Below the pieces are notes generated by a model. The model was given only the letters and a program-made list of their open reading frames with translations, was not told the DNA's origin and did no database searches. 64,000 nucleotides of DNA from Catajapyx aquilonaris (Eukaryota), in assembly GCA_000934665.2 (NCBI GenBank), contig KZ538320.1:1-64000 (forward strand). The letters run 5' to 3'. This document shows positions 1-13,140 of the stretch, piece after piece. Position 1 is the stretch's first letter, and every line of letters begins with the position of its first letter. The position numbers and the translations under genes are program-made.

Positions 1-360
1 AGGGGGGGGGGGGATATAAGAATGCTATTTTCTTCCCGGGTTCTCTCTCCTTCCTTCCGTCTTGAAGAAAATCGCTTTGATGTGAGTCAACCTGGCTTGT
101 AATGGCCCCAGTCTTGTTCAATTCGGGTCTCGCAAACGCCATTTGATTGCGAGGACAAAATGGATCGCATGGTTCGTGGACCTCCGGCTTATCCCGCGAT
201 AAAAGATTTGGGGGGCCCATGGTTAGCAGCTTCCTATTGGATGATAAATAACCGGGTTCCGTCGAGTGTGCGTCAAAAGTGATGCCACCAGGGATCAAAA
301 GGGAATGTCTTTTTTTCCACATGGCTCAACCAGGAGGAAGGCGATGCATATGTGCATATG

Positions 361-562
361 TAAGGTAGCAGATCTGAAGCTCAAATTAGCCTCCACAAGA
401 GAAGGCTCACGACTCGTGAGGTAGAAGAAGGATCGTCTGTCTTGGAAGCTAATTTGAACTTAAAGTCTACTAGAACCTCCAAGTCCACACGACCCTTGAG
501 GTAGAAGGAGGTTAGCCTCAGTGTGTTGGAGGCTAATTTGAACTTCAGGTCTGCTACCTTAC
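361..562. mobile_element. MITE family B copy (Kolobok-like) with a duplicated right arm
   Basis: Left arm TAAGGTAGCAGATCTGAAGCTCAAATTAGCCTCCA (361-395) pairs with TGGAGGCTAATTTGAACTTCAGGTCTGCTACCTTA (ending ~561). A second, degenerate right arm lies at ~442-470. The same family occurs at 2885 and 8254. Confidence 0.8.
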
Positions 563-2098
563 TCATTTCCTCGACTGTACATTTATACATGTAGTTGCGC
601 TTAATTTTAGTGGAAACAACCAGCGTTGGTTAATTCCCAGATATTCCGAATTTTTGTATGAATTTGTCCGACCCTCCAGTTCGTACAATGTCACTGACGA
701 ACGTGCTTGTCGTACTCGAGCATTGGACTGGAATCTGGCGAATTGATGCCATAAAGCGACATGTAAGTGAATGCGTTCCAGCCCATTTGAATATTATTAT
801 GAGACGCACTCTCCCTCTCCCTCTGTGTATGTGGTATACAACATTGAGCCCAAATGTGTTTGCGTTGGAAAAAGCATCAGTGTGTAATTACACACACGCA
901 CCAACACACGTTTTCAAAATGTGCAGTGGAAGCTTTTGCATTTTTGAAATTGAACACTCATTTTCCTCTACTGAAGCAAAAGGACCTTCAACTGTAACAT
1001 TAGTGGAGTCTGGGGGGAAGAAATGCGGAAAAATAAATATTCTAGAGTTGTGTGTTACTGGATGATTCAGTCAGGCGTCGGCAAAGGTGTGCCGAGTTTA
1101 ATGAAGTGAATTGTGGAGAGGTGGAAGTAGAGAATATTTTTTTTTGCTCCTTATGAAGCGATGATTGGAGGGGGAAAAGCAGGTGAAACATGCAACCGAG
1201 CGAATGAATTTCAGGTTCCGCACATGCAGACCGCGTAATGAGTCTGGAGGGAATCGAGTCATGTCAACCTTACAAAAAAATGAAGCTTCAAACACACTCT
1301 GACGCATCTGAACTTGTTTTTGGAGCGTGAATAAATCTACAGGAGAAACCCACTATAAGTACTATACAAGTTGTTCCATTTCGTTCCGATTTGTTCCGTT
1401 TGGTTCCGGTTCTGGCCAGCCTTACTTGATGGCAGCATGCATTGTTTGAGTCTGTATCGAGCGATGAAAGCCTGTACACGTTGTGTAAATTTTTCACAGG
1501 ATGAGCGATGGGTTGAGAGACCTGAATAAAAAAAAAGTGTGTATGACAGGAGGTCCTTGTGCGGTTTGCGTGTGCCCAATTTTCCATTCGAGCGGGGAGG
1601 GGGGAAAGAGAGGGAATCCCCCCCCCCCCCCCCCNCCTCGATGAGTCTCGGTACATTAGCTCATTTGGCAGCCATCTGTGAAGTCATTTATCAGGCCAGC
1701 GAAGATGCAGGCTCCGCTCACTGTGTCCGCAGCATCCCTCATCACTTTTGTCGCCTAGTTTTTTTTTTAAACTACGTCAACGACAAGGGAAATCACGCGA
1801 ATTCGCGCATTTTTTTGGCGATGACTTAATTTTTGTGGACAAACCCGCTTTTTCCCTTTTGTGACGTCATTTTTCGGTGCGGTGATCAAAGATGGACGGG
1901 TTCCGATAGGTGACAGGGTTTTTTTTTCTATCCCCCATTTCAAATATTAACAGGATTTGGCAGTGTGTGTTTATGAACTGTGCAAAAATCAAACGGAAAT
2001 TTTAATTTCGGTTCGGTCCATTTCGGATGTAATCGGAACACACACGACTTTTAGCAACATGATTGAAGCTACAGTTCGCATCAATTGGAAGATCTTTA

Positions 2099-2225
2099 CT
2101 ACGCGACGAAATGGAGGGAATCGGGGTGGAGGCGCGGGGAAGTTCAGAGAGCGCGTCCGAATGCATCTCGCTGTAGCAAAACCACAATGACGTTCGTTGG
2201 CCACGGCGCCACAAAACGTACAGTA
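2099..2225 (+). repeat. Dispersed repeat family D, copy 1
   Basis: CTACGCGACGAA...TCGGGGTGGAGGCGCGGGG.AGTTCAGAGAGCGCGTCCGAAT...GTTCGTTGGCC...GCGCCACAAAAC.TACAGTA is shared with 27953-28091. Confidence 0.85.
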
Positions 2226-2884
2226 CAGATCAGCCCATTTAATTAATTTGAATGTTAATGTTCTGATATGGTAAAATTTTGGTCAACATGACAAATTGTT
2301 AAAATCATTCATTTAACGAGCATCAATACGTATAGCCAGTAGTGTAGAGGTAACTGTCTGAACGTGATATTTTTGTCGCAACCGACACTGAAATTTAATA
2401 GATGTGAGTGGCAGCAAAGAGAGCGTTGGAATCAGGTTGATCCGAAACTTGATTGGTGGAGCCGGAAGGGCAATGATCACAAAACAGAAAGTGTCGCTTT
2501 GTCCGCATCACCGCCGCCCCTGGGAAAGGTGTCGTGCCGTGTGTGTCATATACACCCAAAGCCCTGGCAGGTGGAAAAATTGTGGGCGTCAGGTGCGTCC
2601 GGGGGCTCTCCGGAAGTGTTTCCAGTTTGTATCCCTGGCGTGGAATTTGTCACTGGTAAAAAAAAAGGGGGGGGGGGGGAAAGAATTGTGGGAGAGAGAG
2701 AGAAGGCAGAATGGATGGTTGGTGGGTTGGTTTGGACAGGTGCAGATGGCGCCCATCGTCGACGGATACTCTTTAGGGAATCAAATGGGGCTCCCCTGTC
2801 AATTAGAGGCCATTTTACACACTTACACTGCTTTTTAGTATGTGGCAAACGTCATCGGTGTTTTCCCGCATATTGAAACTGTGT

Positions 2885-2997
2885 GGTAGCAGACCTGAAG
2901 CTCAAATTAGCCTCCAACAGAGGCGCTCCTCCCTTAGCTTTCTCACGACTCATGAGGAGGAGGCTAATGTGAACCTCAGGTCAGGTACATTATTCAT
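2885..2997. mobile_element. MITE family B copy (degenerate)
   Basis: GGTAGCAGACCTGAAGCTCAAATTAGCCTCC ... GGAGGCTAATGTGAACCTCAGGTC inverted arms, homologous to 361-562. Confidence 0.8.
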
Positions 2998-5872
2998 TTC
3001 CACCTCTGGACAGAACAAAATTGTGCCTTACAGAGCAGAGGTACTCTTCCACTTCCTCTTTGTTTCATCCTGACATGATGCAACCCAACGAACACGCTTT
3101 GCATTAATCGGGTTTGAAAATTAAATTTGATAGAAGTCCAGAGCACCCATTGTGAAAAACTCGCATGTGAATTCTTCCACGCTTGAGAAGCGCACGCCCA
3201 ACTAAACGTGAGATCAGCTAGGTCTCACCTTGGAGCCTTGGGAGATGACAAACTGGATGCTTGACCTTCAGTGGTTGACTCTTTGCCTATTCGGTTTTCG
3301 GACTCATTTGGTGGCGAGATGCCCACGTGGGTGGTGCTTCATTCCGATCCAAGGTGCCTCCTCTGCAGGAGATTCACACTTTTGAAGCAACAGGTGAGCT
3401 TCATTTGCATCTGGCTGGGTGGGTGGTGAGTAGGTGAGGGGGCCAATCATCGGGACACTCTTTGGGTTCGAACTGATTGGAGGTCCGGGGGGACAATGTG
3501 GGACAATTTTAGTGTTCAATTATTTTCTGCTGGTTTTCATATTAAGCTGTTTATTACGTTAATAGCTATACTAGGGTGAAAATGGCCTTCAGGTCTTATA
3601 GGGAGTTTGTTTTTGTGATGGTTTTTTTCGGGATAATTTCTGCGCGGTTTTTCTGGGAATTTGTCCGCAGAACGGAAATACCACGTATTCTGTGTTGATT
3701 TGCAATTTTCTTCATGCGCACATTAGTGATATTTGAGGAACTGGGTGAGGTGGGTAGGCCATCTAAGGCACGAGTCTCTCTTTAATTGGATCAACCAGAT
3801 GTCTTTGGGGCCAGAAGCCCAGCCATGCGGATCAGACGTGAATCATCGGAGTGGCTTCCGGCCACCACGACCTTGGACTCTTCTTCATCCGGTCAAGGTC
3901 ACCTATTCAAGGCTGGGAATCACACTGTATAGCGACATCGCAATCAAAAGATCACTCATCCAAAAACAAATTTTTTTCGTGTAGCTGACAATTATGCGTA
4001 TGTGTCTTTTTGGCTCATCTTCATGTATTGGCTTAACCCCTCGGAGTTTGCGAACCAACTTTGCGGAGGTTTGCGAAAAAAAGAGGAAAGTTGCGGGTTC
4101 TGCGGTGTTTGTATCGTGACAAGCAGTGAGACCGCAAGTAGGGCTCGTAAAATAGGAGCGTAAAAACCTCGTAACTACCTCTGGGAACCGGTGGAGAAGC
4201 TTCACCCTCCCCAACTCTTCTTCCCCCTCTACCAAATTTGGTTCCGGTGTGTGTGTGTGTGCTGATCCGGAGGCCCAATCCGGAAAATACGGGCCTCCTC
4301 CACGATTTATACCGGTCTGGGTGTGTACGGTTTTCCATAACTTTGAGCGCCCGGAGGAGAAAAGTTTTCTCCGCTAAAAAAAAAAAAGGGGGGAAATTCG
4401 AGGACGTGATTTTTGCTGATAAATGATGTACCCCCAGCGTTTGGATATTGAGAGCGATAAATTGAGCAGCGGAAAAACGGAATTGAAACCCTGATGAAAT
4501 ATCTGGAGGTGGACTTAAGTCACGATAACTGTAGCGCGCTAGATGCATAATGGCGTCCGATCCTCCATTTTGGATCCTGCAAGCAAAACGGAAATGAGAA
4601 GGGTTGGGCTCCCCAGTATTGCTTACATTTCGCACACCCTGGATCTCCTTCCGCTTGCTAATTCTCTCGCGAAACATTATCCACCTCCCTTGTTTGTTCC
4701 CAGCACAATCCCCCTCGAGGCCATCTTGAGAATCTTGTCCGAAAATTCATGTAGTGGAAATGCAAGGATGCAGAAATGTCGCCCTTTGCAACCAAATAGT
4801 TACATCACATTTGTTGTCATTACACAATAGTTTTTTTTCGCGATCGTTTCTCTCAAGGCGATATCTGCAGCCAATCTGAACCGGATTTTAACACTCACAG
4901 TCAGGGCTGTAATTTCTGATTTGTTCTTGTGTCGACTTCTCCCCTCGGGAGTTTGCAAAAAAAAAAGGTCCAGAATAGTGGGAGGCGAAAAGGGGGGGTA
5001 AGTTTGTCCGGGTATGCTATAAATCTTCATTGCGGAGTAGAAGCGCTTCCTTCCTTAGCCTGGAAACTTTATTTTATTATCGCGGCCATCTTGTTTGTCA
5101 GCAGCCATTACTGGGGTGGGTGGAAGGAGGGGGGGTTAAAAATCGCTTTAAATGCAACCTCATTTTCTGTTTGGAGAAGAGAGAAAAAAATCAGATTAAG
5201 GTCAGGGTTGGCAACAGCGCTTTTCTGTTCCTCGCAAAAAAAAAAATAATAAAAAATGGAGTGAATTTCATTTGCAAGAGTGTTAATGGGCGTGGGAATT
5301 GCAGTTTGCGTAATGGATGCATATTTTAAGCCTGTAAACTTGCTTTTTTTGGATGGAGGCAAGGGGGAGAGGGGGGGGGGTTGGGAATAATTTTGCAAAA
5401 ATTGTTGGTTTTAATCAGGTTGGGTCGGTGCATTACTTTGGTGCCAGGTATGCTGCTGGGTTGGGTCCCCGACACTGTTATGAAATGGATATTGCGTTCC
5501 CCATGAAATGTAGTCTGTACCTCTAGTCCTTTAATTTAAATATTTGCTTCGTTACCCTCTTGAATATTGGTACACTCTATTTGCATTTTCAAGCAAAGGT
5601 TGCTCATATTCCAGATATTAAAAATGAACGAATACATTAACTACACACGATGACAACAGTTCCGAGTCATTTAGTTAATCAACTTGACATCCCATACTTT
5701 TAAAATGATTAAAATGTGTTAAAGCTCTGCATGCATTAGTTTTCTGCAATAATGGCTTGCATTAATCTGTGGAAAGTTTTAATACAAGATTAATTAATCT
5801 GCGCTGATTAATTTTTCATTAATTATATGGGCTAACTAAAATGTTTGTAACAAATGTATGCATTCCCATATA

Positions 5873-6192
5873 CAGGGTGTTCCAACTTTTTTGTCCGCAC
5901 AGTTATCGGAAAATTGCACGTAGCTGCTACTTTGTAAGCAGTGACTTGCAAACGGTGATTTTTCGGAGGAACGGGGAATATTCCCTGTGAATCGTAGGTT
6001 GAAGTGGCATACGTGCTTCCCGCTTAAAATTGAGGGTCAAGCCTGGACACTCATTTTTCCAGGCTTGACCCTCAATTTTCATGCCATTCCCAATTCCTCC
6101 GACAAATCACCGGTTGCAAGTCACTGCTTACAAAGTAGCAGCTACGTGCAATTTTCCGATAACTGTTCGGACAAAAAAGTTGAAACACCCTG
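5873..6192 (+). mobile_element. Tc1/mariner-type MITE family A, copy 1
   Basis: TA|CAGGGTGTTCCAACTTTTTTGTCCG...CGGACAAAAAAGTTGAAACACCCTG|TA. Near-perfect TIRs of ~85 bp with TA target duplication at 5871-72 and 6193-94. Two further copies in the window. Confidence 0.95.
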
Positions 6193-8253
6193 TATTCACA
6201 TCTTATCACCGATAGATTTGTGCGATTTTATTGTCGCAGCAGTTATTCATTTTCAATGCAAAAGCAGCTCGTTTCAAATTAAGTTGCATATATATTTTTA
6301 AAGATTTGATTAAACCAGTCCATTAGAGTTCTTTTGTGTCCCCAAAATTGCGAGCAGCATGCAAACGAATGGTGCTGGAGCAATAATTGCGTTGCAGGAA
6401 AATGCGCAAAAAGGATTTTTTCTTTCTCCTCGTTGGCTCCTCTTTCCGTTTGAATAGGAAGGAATTTGAACAAGAAATCAGATAAACTGCAGATTCCTTT
6501 TACTCACTGGGTCCAAAACCATCCTTTTTTGGACCCCCCAAAAAATTCTCAAACTTCTTTTTGTTGGATCCGGTGCATTTCCAAGTTTCCATCTCCAAAC
6601 AGGCCGGCGTGTAAATATCGATTGGAACTGAGGTTGGAGATTATCCGGAGTGTAAACAAAGGCCGGAAAATATTCTGGGATTTTTTTTTCTTTTCAAAAA
6701 TGGGTTTTGGGGCAGTGAGGTTTGGCGGTTTTTGCTAAAAGCGGAAGGTAATGATGATAAGTTTGGCGTCTTCAAGACGAGCTGGGAGGGAAACACGACA
6801 ACCATTTTTTTTCCTTCACTCTTTTTTTTCTTTCTAAGGTTACGAGGGCGTTTTCCGTTGTCTTGACTTTCGCAGAGACTCATCCTGAGCCGGACTCTAA
6901 TGATGACGAACGAGCCCAGTCCTTTCCTCTACACTACACAGCTGACTTTAACCTCAGGTGCTGTCCCACCCCCTTCTCACTCTTTTTTTTTAAAGGAGTT
7001 TAAGAAGCTTTTCCAAAGATTAACTCACACCACATGACCGCTGCGCTTGTCATCTTTCATAAAAGTGGGCTCGTAAAAAGCGGTGTAAACTGGGGTTAAG
7101 CCAAAACGGCCGCCATATTTGTAAGCACCGTTTATGAACAGTTGGAAAACGTAATTGATGGTGATGACACATTTAAACGTGGATTAACTTGGGTTGGTGT
7201 GAAAAGGTCACACTTAATATTACAACACGTCATTTTCAAATGTTTTAAAACCGTCTACCATCGATGAAATGCAGCTTTGTAAGAAAATGTTCATATCATT
7301 TATTTTTAATTAGCTCAGTTTAAAAAACAATCTGATGGTAAATGACTGTTAATAGTTGGCAGCAGTGTGCTTTGACATTATTAACACGAATTAATTTTAA
7401 TGCTTTTAGTGGTGCCACTTTGTGAACATGCAAAATTCAGGATATTTTTTTTACCGAAAGAGGTACGAACATGGATTAATCACTAATCCACGATTAATTT
7501 CCATTATGTCGTAAAATGCCAAAAATTAGAACTCGAATTAACGTTATCAGAATTATTGGTAGGCATATTTGTCGGGCAAGTTGTTACGAACATTTCTAAA
7601 AAACATGCACTGGAGTAAACAATATATTAACCGAGCATGGTGCAACCCGGCTATTGCTTGATCATTGTTGGCCAGCATGTTGAAATCCTGCACCCTGCAT
7701 TGTTCCGAATCATGATACCGGTGCATATCGAGTTGTATTTGCAATGTAATGCAAAATTAGGGGCGTGCAATTTGTGCCCGGGTTCTCCCTGCTAATGTTT
7801 ATGCGCATTTGATGTTTTGGCGTGCAAAAAACCCGGGGGTGTATGTATGATTAACTAATGGCCATTTGCAGGTAGAGCACCATTGTTTAAGGCCAGATTT
7901 GGCTCGGATTTAATCCAGTCTTAATTGCTGCTAGCGACTGATATAAACCGCTTCTAATTGCAAGTAATTGTATCTTAATTGCGAAATCATTTTTCCCCTC
8001 CTCGCAAATACAGAACCGGTTCTAATGGCTTGATTTTCTGAAGCCTCCTTTTACGGAAACTACGGTAATTAAAAACCTCCCCCCTCCCACTCTGGAGACC
8101 TACTAGAAATGAGTTATCCTACTCTTAATGACAAGCACGTACTTCACCTGCCTTGATTGGTCGCTGATTTTAATCCCCTGGATTTGCGAATAGCCTCTCT
8201 TGAAATCGCGAATTGAGCTTTCAAATGTCAACTTTAAGTGTACAGTCAGTTAA

Positions 8254-8328
8254 AGGAGTATGGTAGCAGACCTGAAGCTGAAATTACCCTTCAAGCAAGA
8301 GAAGTTTCAGGTCTGCTACCTTACTCCT
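8254..8328. mobile_element. MITE family B, short copy with both ends, TTAA-flanked (Kolobok-like termini)
   Basis: TTAA|AGGAGTATGGTAGCAGACCTGAA...TTCAGGTCTGCTACCTTACTCCT|TTAA. A TTAA duplication with AG...CT ends fits Kolobok better than piggyBac (CCC...GGG). Confidence 0.75.
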
Positions 8329-10154
8329 TTAACCCTGTGCCGGGCAATCGTGGTGTGAGGGCAACAATCACATTGTGTAAACGCCATCAGCTTTAAAGTT
8401 GGTCCTGCAAACCTGCGACAGTTAGCTTCCCCTAGATGGCAGATAAGTCGACGAATGATACAGGTTGAAGTGGACAGAAGCCATTTCATTGAAAGTGTTG
8501 TTTGAACTGTGCTGAAGCATGTCACTAAAACATATCCGTATACTCACTTAATCGTGTATATGTGTGAAGTAGTCTAGACCGTTCCGATATATGCCTCGCA
8601 TGAACACGCTAAACTCTACCGAGAGGAATATATTCGTTTCCATTTATTTCGCTCAGAAAACCGGCGGCCATTGTGGCCCGCTATTAAAACGCAGTTTTAC
8701 CGCTATCGGGGCCTAGTCACGCTCCTAGATTAACTGCCCCGATCCTATCAGTACCTAGTAAATAGTAATAAATTACAACGCCCCCCGAGGGAAGCCTGAA
8801 AAAGCGCGCCCCATCGTAAGCGATAAAAGCCGCGTGACGTCACAATTGCAGTCCGAATGAGTTAGCTGTAGAATTGGAGATGAAATGATATTCGGCACAT
8901 TCGGAGATCAGAGTCACTCAAATGTGCCAAGATTTGGACCAATGGCCCCTACCCTTCTCTCTCCAAAACCCTCTCGTTTCTTCCACGACGATGGCAGCGT
9001 CCAAAATAGCCGCGTTTCTAGGACACTTTCACTGATTTATGCAAGTGCTGCTGAGGTGTCTTTTATTTTTTTTTGGCGAAGCTGATAAAAAAAACCGGGC
9101 ATATGTCCCTGGGGGAAGCTTTAAGGGAGGGAGGATAGGGTGGAAGAAATTACCCTCCCTCCTTTTCCCCTCCATTTTACCCCCCTCCTTTCTCCCCAAG
9201 TCCACTCCACCCCCCCCTGCCTAATGCTACTGTCAAACGGCTAAGTGCTTATCGATTCTCAGACTACCCCCCTTTTCCCACACTCAGCCAAACCAACACT
9301 AGCGGGGATTCCCCAACTTCGCTCGATGCTTCTAGGATAGGGTGGAGTTAGAAGCAAGTGTTCACGGGCAGTCAGTTACTTAATAAGTTGAGAAACTGAG
9401 GTTAATTAAGATATATTAGGTGCTAATATTATGCTGAGTGTGAAGCATCAATTTGGATGCGGCCCAATTGTAGCAATTGACAACCTTTTTAGACTCTCAA
9501 GTCACGATAACTGTAGCCCTGTACTGATCGGTGAGTTGCTAAGTAAAGAAACAATTTCCCCCCAGAAGAATGGGTACAAAACGGGTATATTAACTCAGCT
9601 ATTGACAGATCAAAGATGGCCGCAATACAACAACTTGGAAATGTAGCTGCTACGTTGTTTCTTGCCAACTTCTATGCTATAACGTAACCGTGATCGCTGT
9701 TAAGTTCGCATCTTCGGCTTTAGGAGATTCCTGACTCTCCCGTGTATGAAGCTGGCAGTCTAGGAAGTCCCAAGTGTCATGGGGAGGTAGTGGAAAGGAG
9801 AGAGAGAAAAAAGGGGGGGTCGACAAATGGGAAGAGAATCGGAGGTGGCGGGTGACAAAGTCGGTTGGAACCACTGGGACCAATCCGGTGATTAGTCAGC
9901 GCCCCCGGAATTTTTGGGGAGGGCCAAGTCTCTCTTTTTCCTGGTTGGCTGCCAGCCAGCAAATATCAACCACCAAAAAATTCGCAGACATTGCCCTATT
10001 CCTGTGGGAACACACGGGAACGAACTGGACAAAAAAATGGCGTCATGTGTGTTGCCGTGTGTGTCTAGGGGGCTAAGAATATCTGAGAGCTGTTAATTCA
10101 TCCTTGTTCCTTCACAATTCAACCTATAGTATGAGCTGCTACATTTTAACCGAA

Positions 10155-10345
10155 GCAGTGGTGGCGGAGGGGATATGGTATCCGACTGCTAATTGGGAGG
10201 TCCTGGGTTCGAATCCCGGTGCCGGCAACTCTAACCGTGGTTTTCTGTGGTTTCCCACGGTTCCTCCAGGAGATTTCCGGAGTTGTTTCCTAAACTAATA
10301 GGCCACAGCCGCCTCCTTCCTTTCCTATCCTACCCCAAAAAGCGC
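10155..10345 (+). mobile_element. tRNA-derived SINE (Talua/Lm1-like insect SINE2)
   Basis: A-box-like TGGCGGAGGGG (10162), anticodon-like loop GACTGCTAAT and B-box GGTTCGAATCC (10206-10216). These are followed by GGTTTTCTGTGGTTTCCC...CCTCCAGG...TAGGCCACAGCCGCCTCCTTCC, resembling the conserved body of termite/locust SINEs as I recall it. The tail may extend to ~10430. Confidence 0.85.
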
Positions 10346-11131
10346 AGTAAAAAACGAAACGAAGAGTTCCAGTCAAAAAATATATATATCCCCCCTAAAG
10401 AGCCGCCGGCTGATAACGGGGTATGAATTATTATAAGATGCTACATTTTGATAACTCTGAAAATGACTGATTAATAATTCAACTAGCATATAATAAAAAG
10501 CTAACATATTACAATATATAGCTAAACCAGCATCTTATAAGTTATAATTATACGGTACAGTATAAAAGAAAAAGTTTGTCGGTTTGTCCCATTTCCCACC
10601 CACTCTAGTATCTTCTCTTCCCCTTTACCACCCTGTACTCTACAGTGACAACTGGGTTACCATTGCAACGGGATTTCCACGATTGCAGTGATTATACAAT
10701 GATTGATGGTTGTTTGCTGATTCGTTGTGTCCATAGTAGCGTCAACATAATACCATAGCAACAATGACATTCAACGATATCAATGGTGTCATAGGCAATT
10801 TGGCAAAAATTTAGGCATCGAAGCGACATCCGATGGTTAAGTGCGGAAGTAAGACGGTGAAGTTCAGGAGTAAGCGAGTCCAGGAGGTGGCGCCCTGGCG
10901 CCCGGAACGGCGAAATTGGGAATTCTGTGGTAGTGCTGTCGTTGGGCTGTTTTGGGTTTTTCTTTTGCGGTTCACACAGCCCCTGGGCTCCTTTTTCCAA
11001 AAATAAAAAAGTGGTTTGCAAATGTAGAAAACGCGGGCAAAATTTGGAGACCTCTCCCATTACTGTAGGCCCTGCGGTGAAGGAGTTGCCACGACAGTCG
11101 GCTTTTAATAATATAGATAACGAAACTAATA

Positions 11132-11333
11132 CACTAATATAACAACTAATATTGTAACTAATATAACAACTAATATAACAACTAATATTGTAACTAATAT
11201 AACAACTAATATTGTAACTAATATAACAACTAATATTGTAACTAATATAACAACTAATGTTGTAACTAATATAACAACTAATGTTGTAACTAATATAACA
11301 ACTAATATTGTAACTAATATAACAACTAATATT
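11132..11333. repeat. Minisatellite, 12-bp units in a 24-bp higher-order pattern
   Basis: 16 full units plus a partial one, of AACTAATATAAC (A) and AACTAAT(A/G)TTGT (B), mostly alternating. Confidence 0.97.
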
Positions 11334-12353
11334 AATTCAACAAATTATTAGCTGCTTTTAAATGTAACTGCTTAGAAATAAGCAACTTCGTGCAAAAATA
11401 GCCGTCATCAGCAGTAACCTGAACATGTAGTGTACAGTACACCTTATCAGCTGAGCCAAGCAGCTAAATCAGCTATATTTGATCAAAGCTCGAGGCGGAA
11501 ACTCGCTCCTTCACCCCCCGGTTGAAAATAGAGTGTGTGACGGAGCGAATAAAGTCGCGAATTGTTGGCGAAAAGTTGCCCATCACTTCACCTCCTCATC
11601 TTCCCTGAAAACTTATCTGACTGTCAGCAGTCCATCAGAGAGTCTGATTCGGCGAAAATGAGGTGGGAAGAAGAAGAAGAAAAAAAAAGTGGTGGCAGGT
11701 AGGGTATATATAGGGGGAGGCACAATATTGCTCCTTGATTGCGGGGAAAGAAGATCCAGGCGAGCTCCCAATTCGTCTGACGAGTTTCCTGACCTGGAAC
11801 CTTGGGGTCGCAAAGGAAGTGAATTGGAAAGTAATTTACTGGCCCTGATTGGCTGGTTGGCTCCCGCCCGCCATCTTTATAGTAATGGCCGACATGGGAC
11901 GTTTCCCCACACTCTTTTTATATTCCGTCCACATGGTCGGGTTGATTTCAAGGAATTTTCGGTCCTGATCTTTGATTATGGCCGGTCTTTTCCCTCTGGA
12001 GATAAAACAGGGGTAGATATTCTCGAGGAGTCTCTGCCTTGCCAACGGGAACCTTTACTTCAAGATAAGTCTGGTAATAAGACCACGTTCATCGTTAGAC
12101 TTCTCCGCAAAATGGTGACCTTAAGTTAAAAAATGTGAGCTTAACTATGTGACACACGTTATATGTATGGCATGAACAAACTAATAATGTATCTCAAGCA
12201 CTTTTAGGCTGTTTAGCAATTTTTTGGAATTGGAACTAATCCTCTTAGTAAGTAACAGTTATGGCCTACTTTATGTTCATAATTATTTGCTGCTAATCCT
12301 TGAAGAACTAGTGAACCCGTTGCTGTAATTTGGCAAATATGATATTCAGTGTG

Positions 12354-12395
12354 ATTGTTTGTTTGTCCAGGATGAGTCATCACTTCAACTCAGCC
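12354..12395 (-). repeat. Family C cassette, 3' fragment
   Basis: TTGTTTGTTTGTCCAGGATGAGTCATCACTTCAACTCAGCC is the reverse-complement match of 13269-13307 and matches 39728-39770. Confidence 0.7.
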
Positions 12396-13140
12396 TGGTC
12401 CAAGAATGATCACTTTCAGAAAGGGACGTGACGTGTGATGACGTTTCATAAAGTACCAATCAGAGCAACGATCAGATGGGATAGCCTGCTTGAAGCTCAT
12501 TGGGAGGGAGGGAGAGGATCGTGCCTCTGATTGGTGCTCTATGAAACGTTATCATACGTCACCTCCCTTTCTAAAAGTGGTCGTACTATACTCCTCGCAC
12601 ATGTGGCACTTCCTGCCTCTCACCACACTCCTGTCATTATACGTCAGTTTCGTACGAGGGTTAGTGGTAAAGGCAATGGATTTCTTAGAGTGAACTGCTG
12701 GGCCCATGGCCCCGCCCCCAAACAAACTTCTCTCCTCCCTCCTCCCTCCTCCACTTCTTCTCCCCCCCACCACTTTGGCACCATGACAACATGTATCCCT
12801 CCGCCAGAGCCTTATTCCGATGGTGCTTATGCGCGCCGAAAATAAGTGAAAAGAAGAAATTCGAACGCCGTTGCCGTGGATTCGAACGATGCTTCGAAAT
12901 TACGCGGGCACGGATCCCGATGCTCTTTTGTCTCTCGCCTTGAAAGTAGTCCCCATGTGGCAAGGTTGCTGATTTTAATTTTTCGCGTAAGTAACTAATA
13001 ACGCTATTCTAAGTAATGCTTCAGTGTTCATAAATTATGTCAGAACCAAATAATTGATATGCGTCGAATTCCTTTTTAAAATACACCGTCAATTACATTT
13101 ATGTATTTTCACCTGGCAACCTTCCTGTGACGCACGGTCA

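Noticed and set aside
4033..4677. Longest ORF in the track (214 aa, - strand)
   Set aside because: No recognisable domain, runs through homopolymers and (CA)n, and has no convincing splice context.
7850..7878. ACTAAT...TTTGCAG|GTAGAG possible recursive site
   Set aside because: Short pyrimidine tract and weak donor, within chance expectation.
9304..9314. NF-kB-like sites (GGGGATTCCCC; also 1612 and 16262)
   Set aside because: The number seen is compatible with chance for such a degenerate motif.
11132..11333. Possible CRISPR-like array
   Set aside because: Contiguous 12-bp units with no unique spacers, no cas genes and a eukaryotic context.
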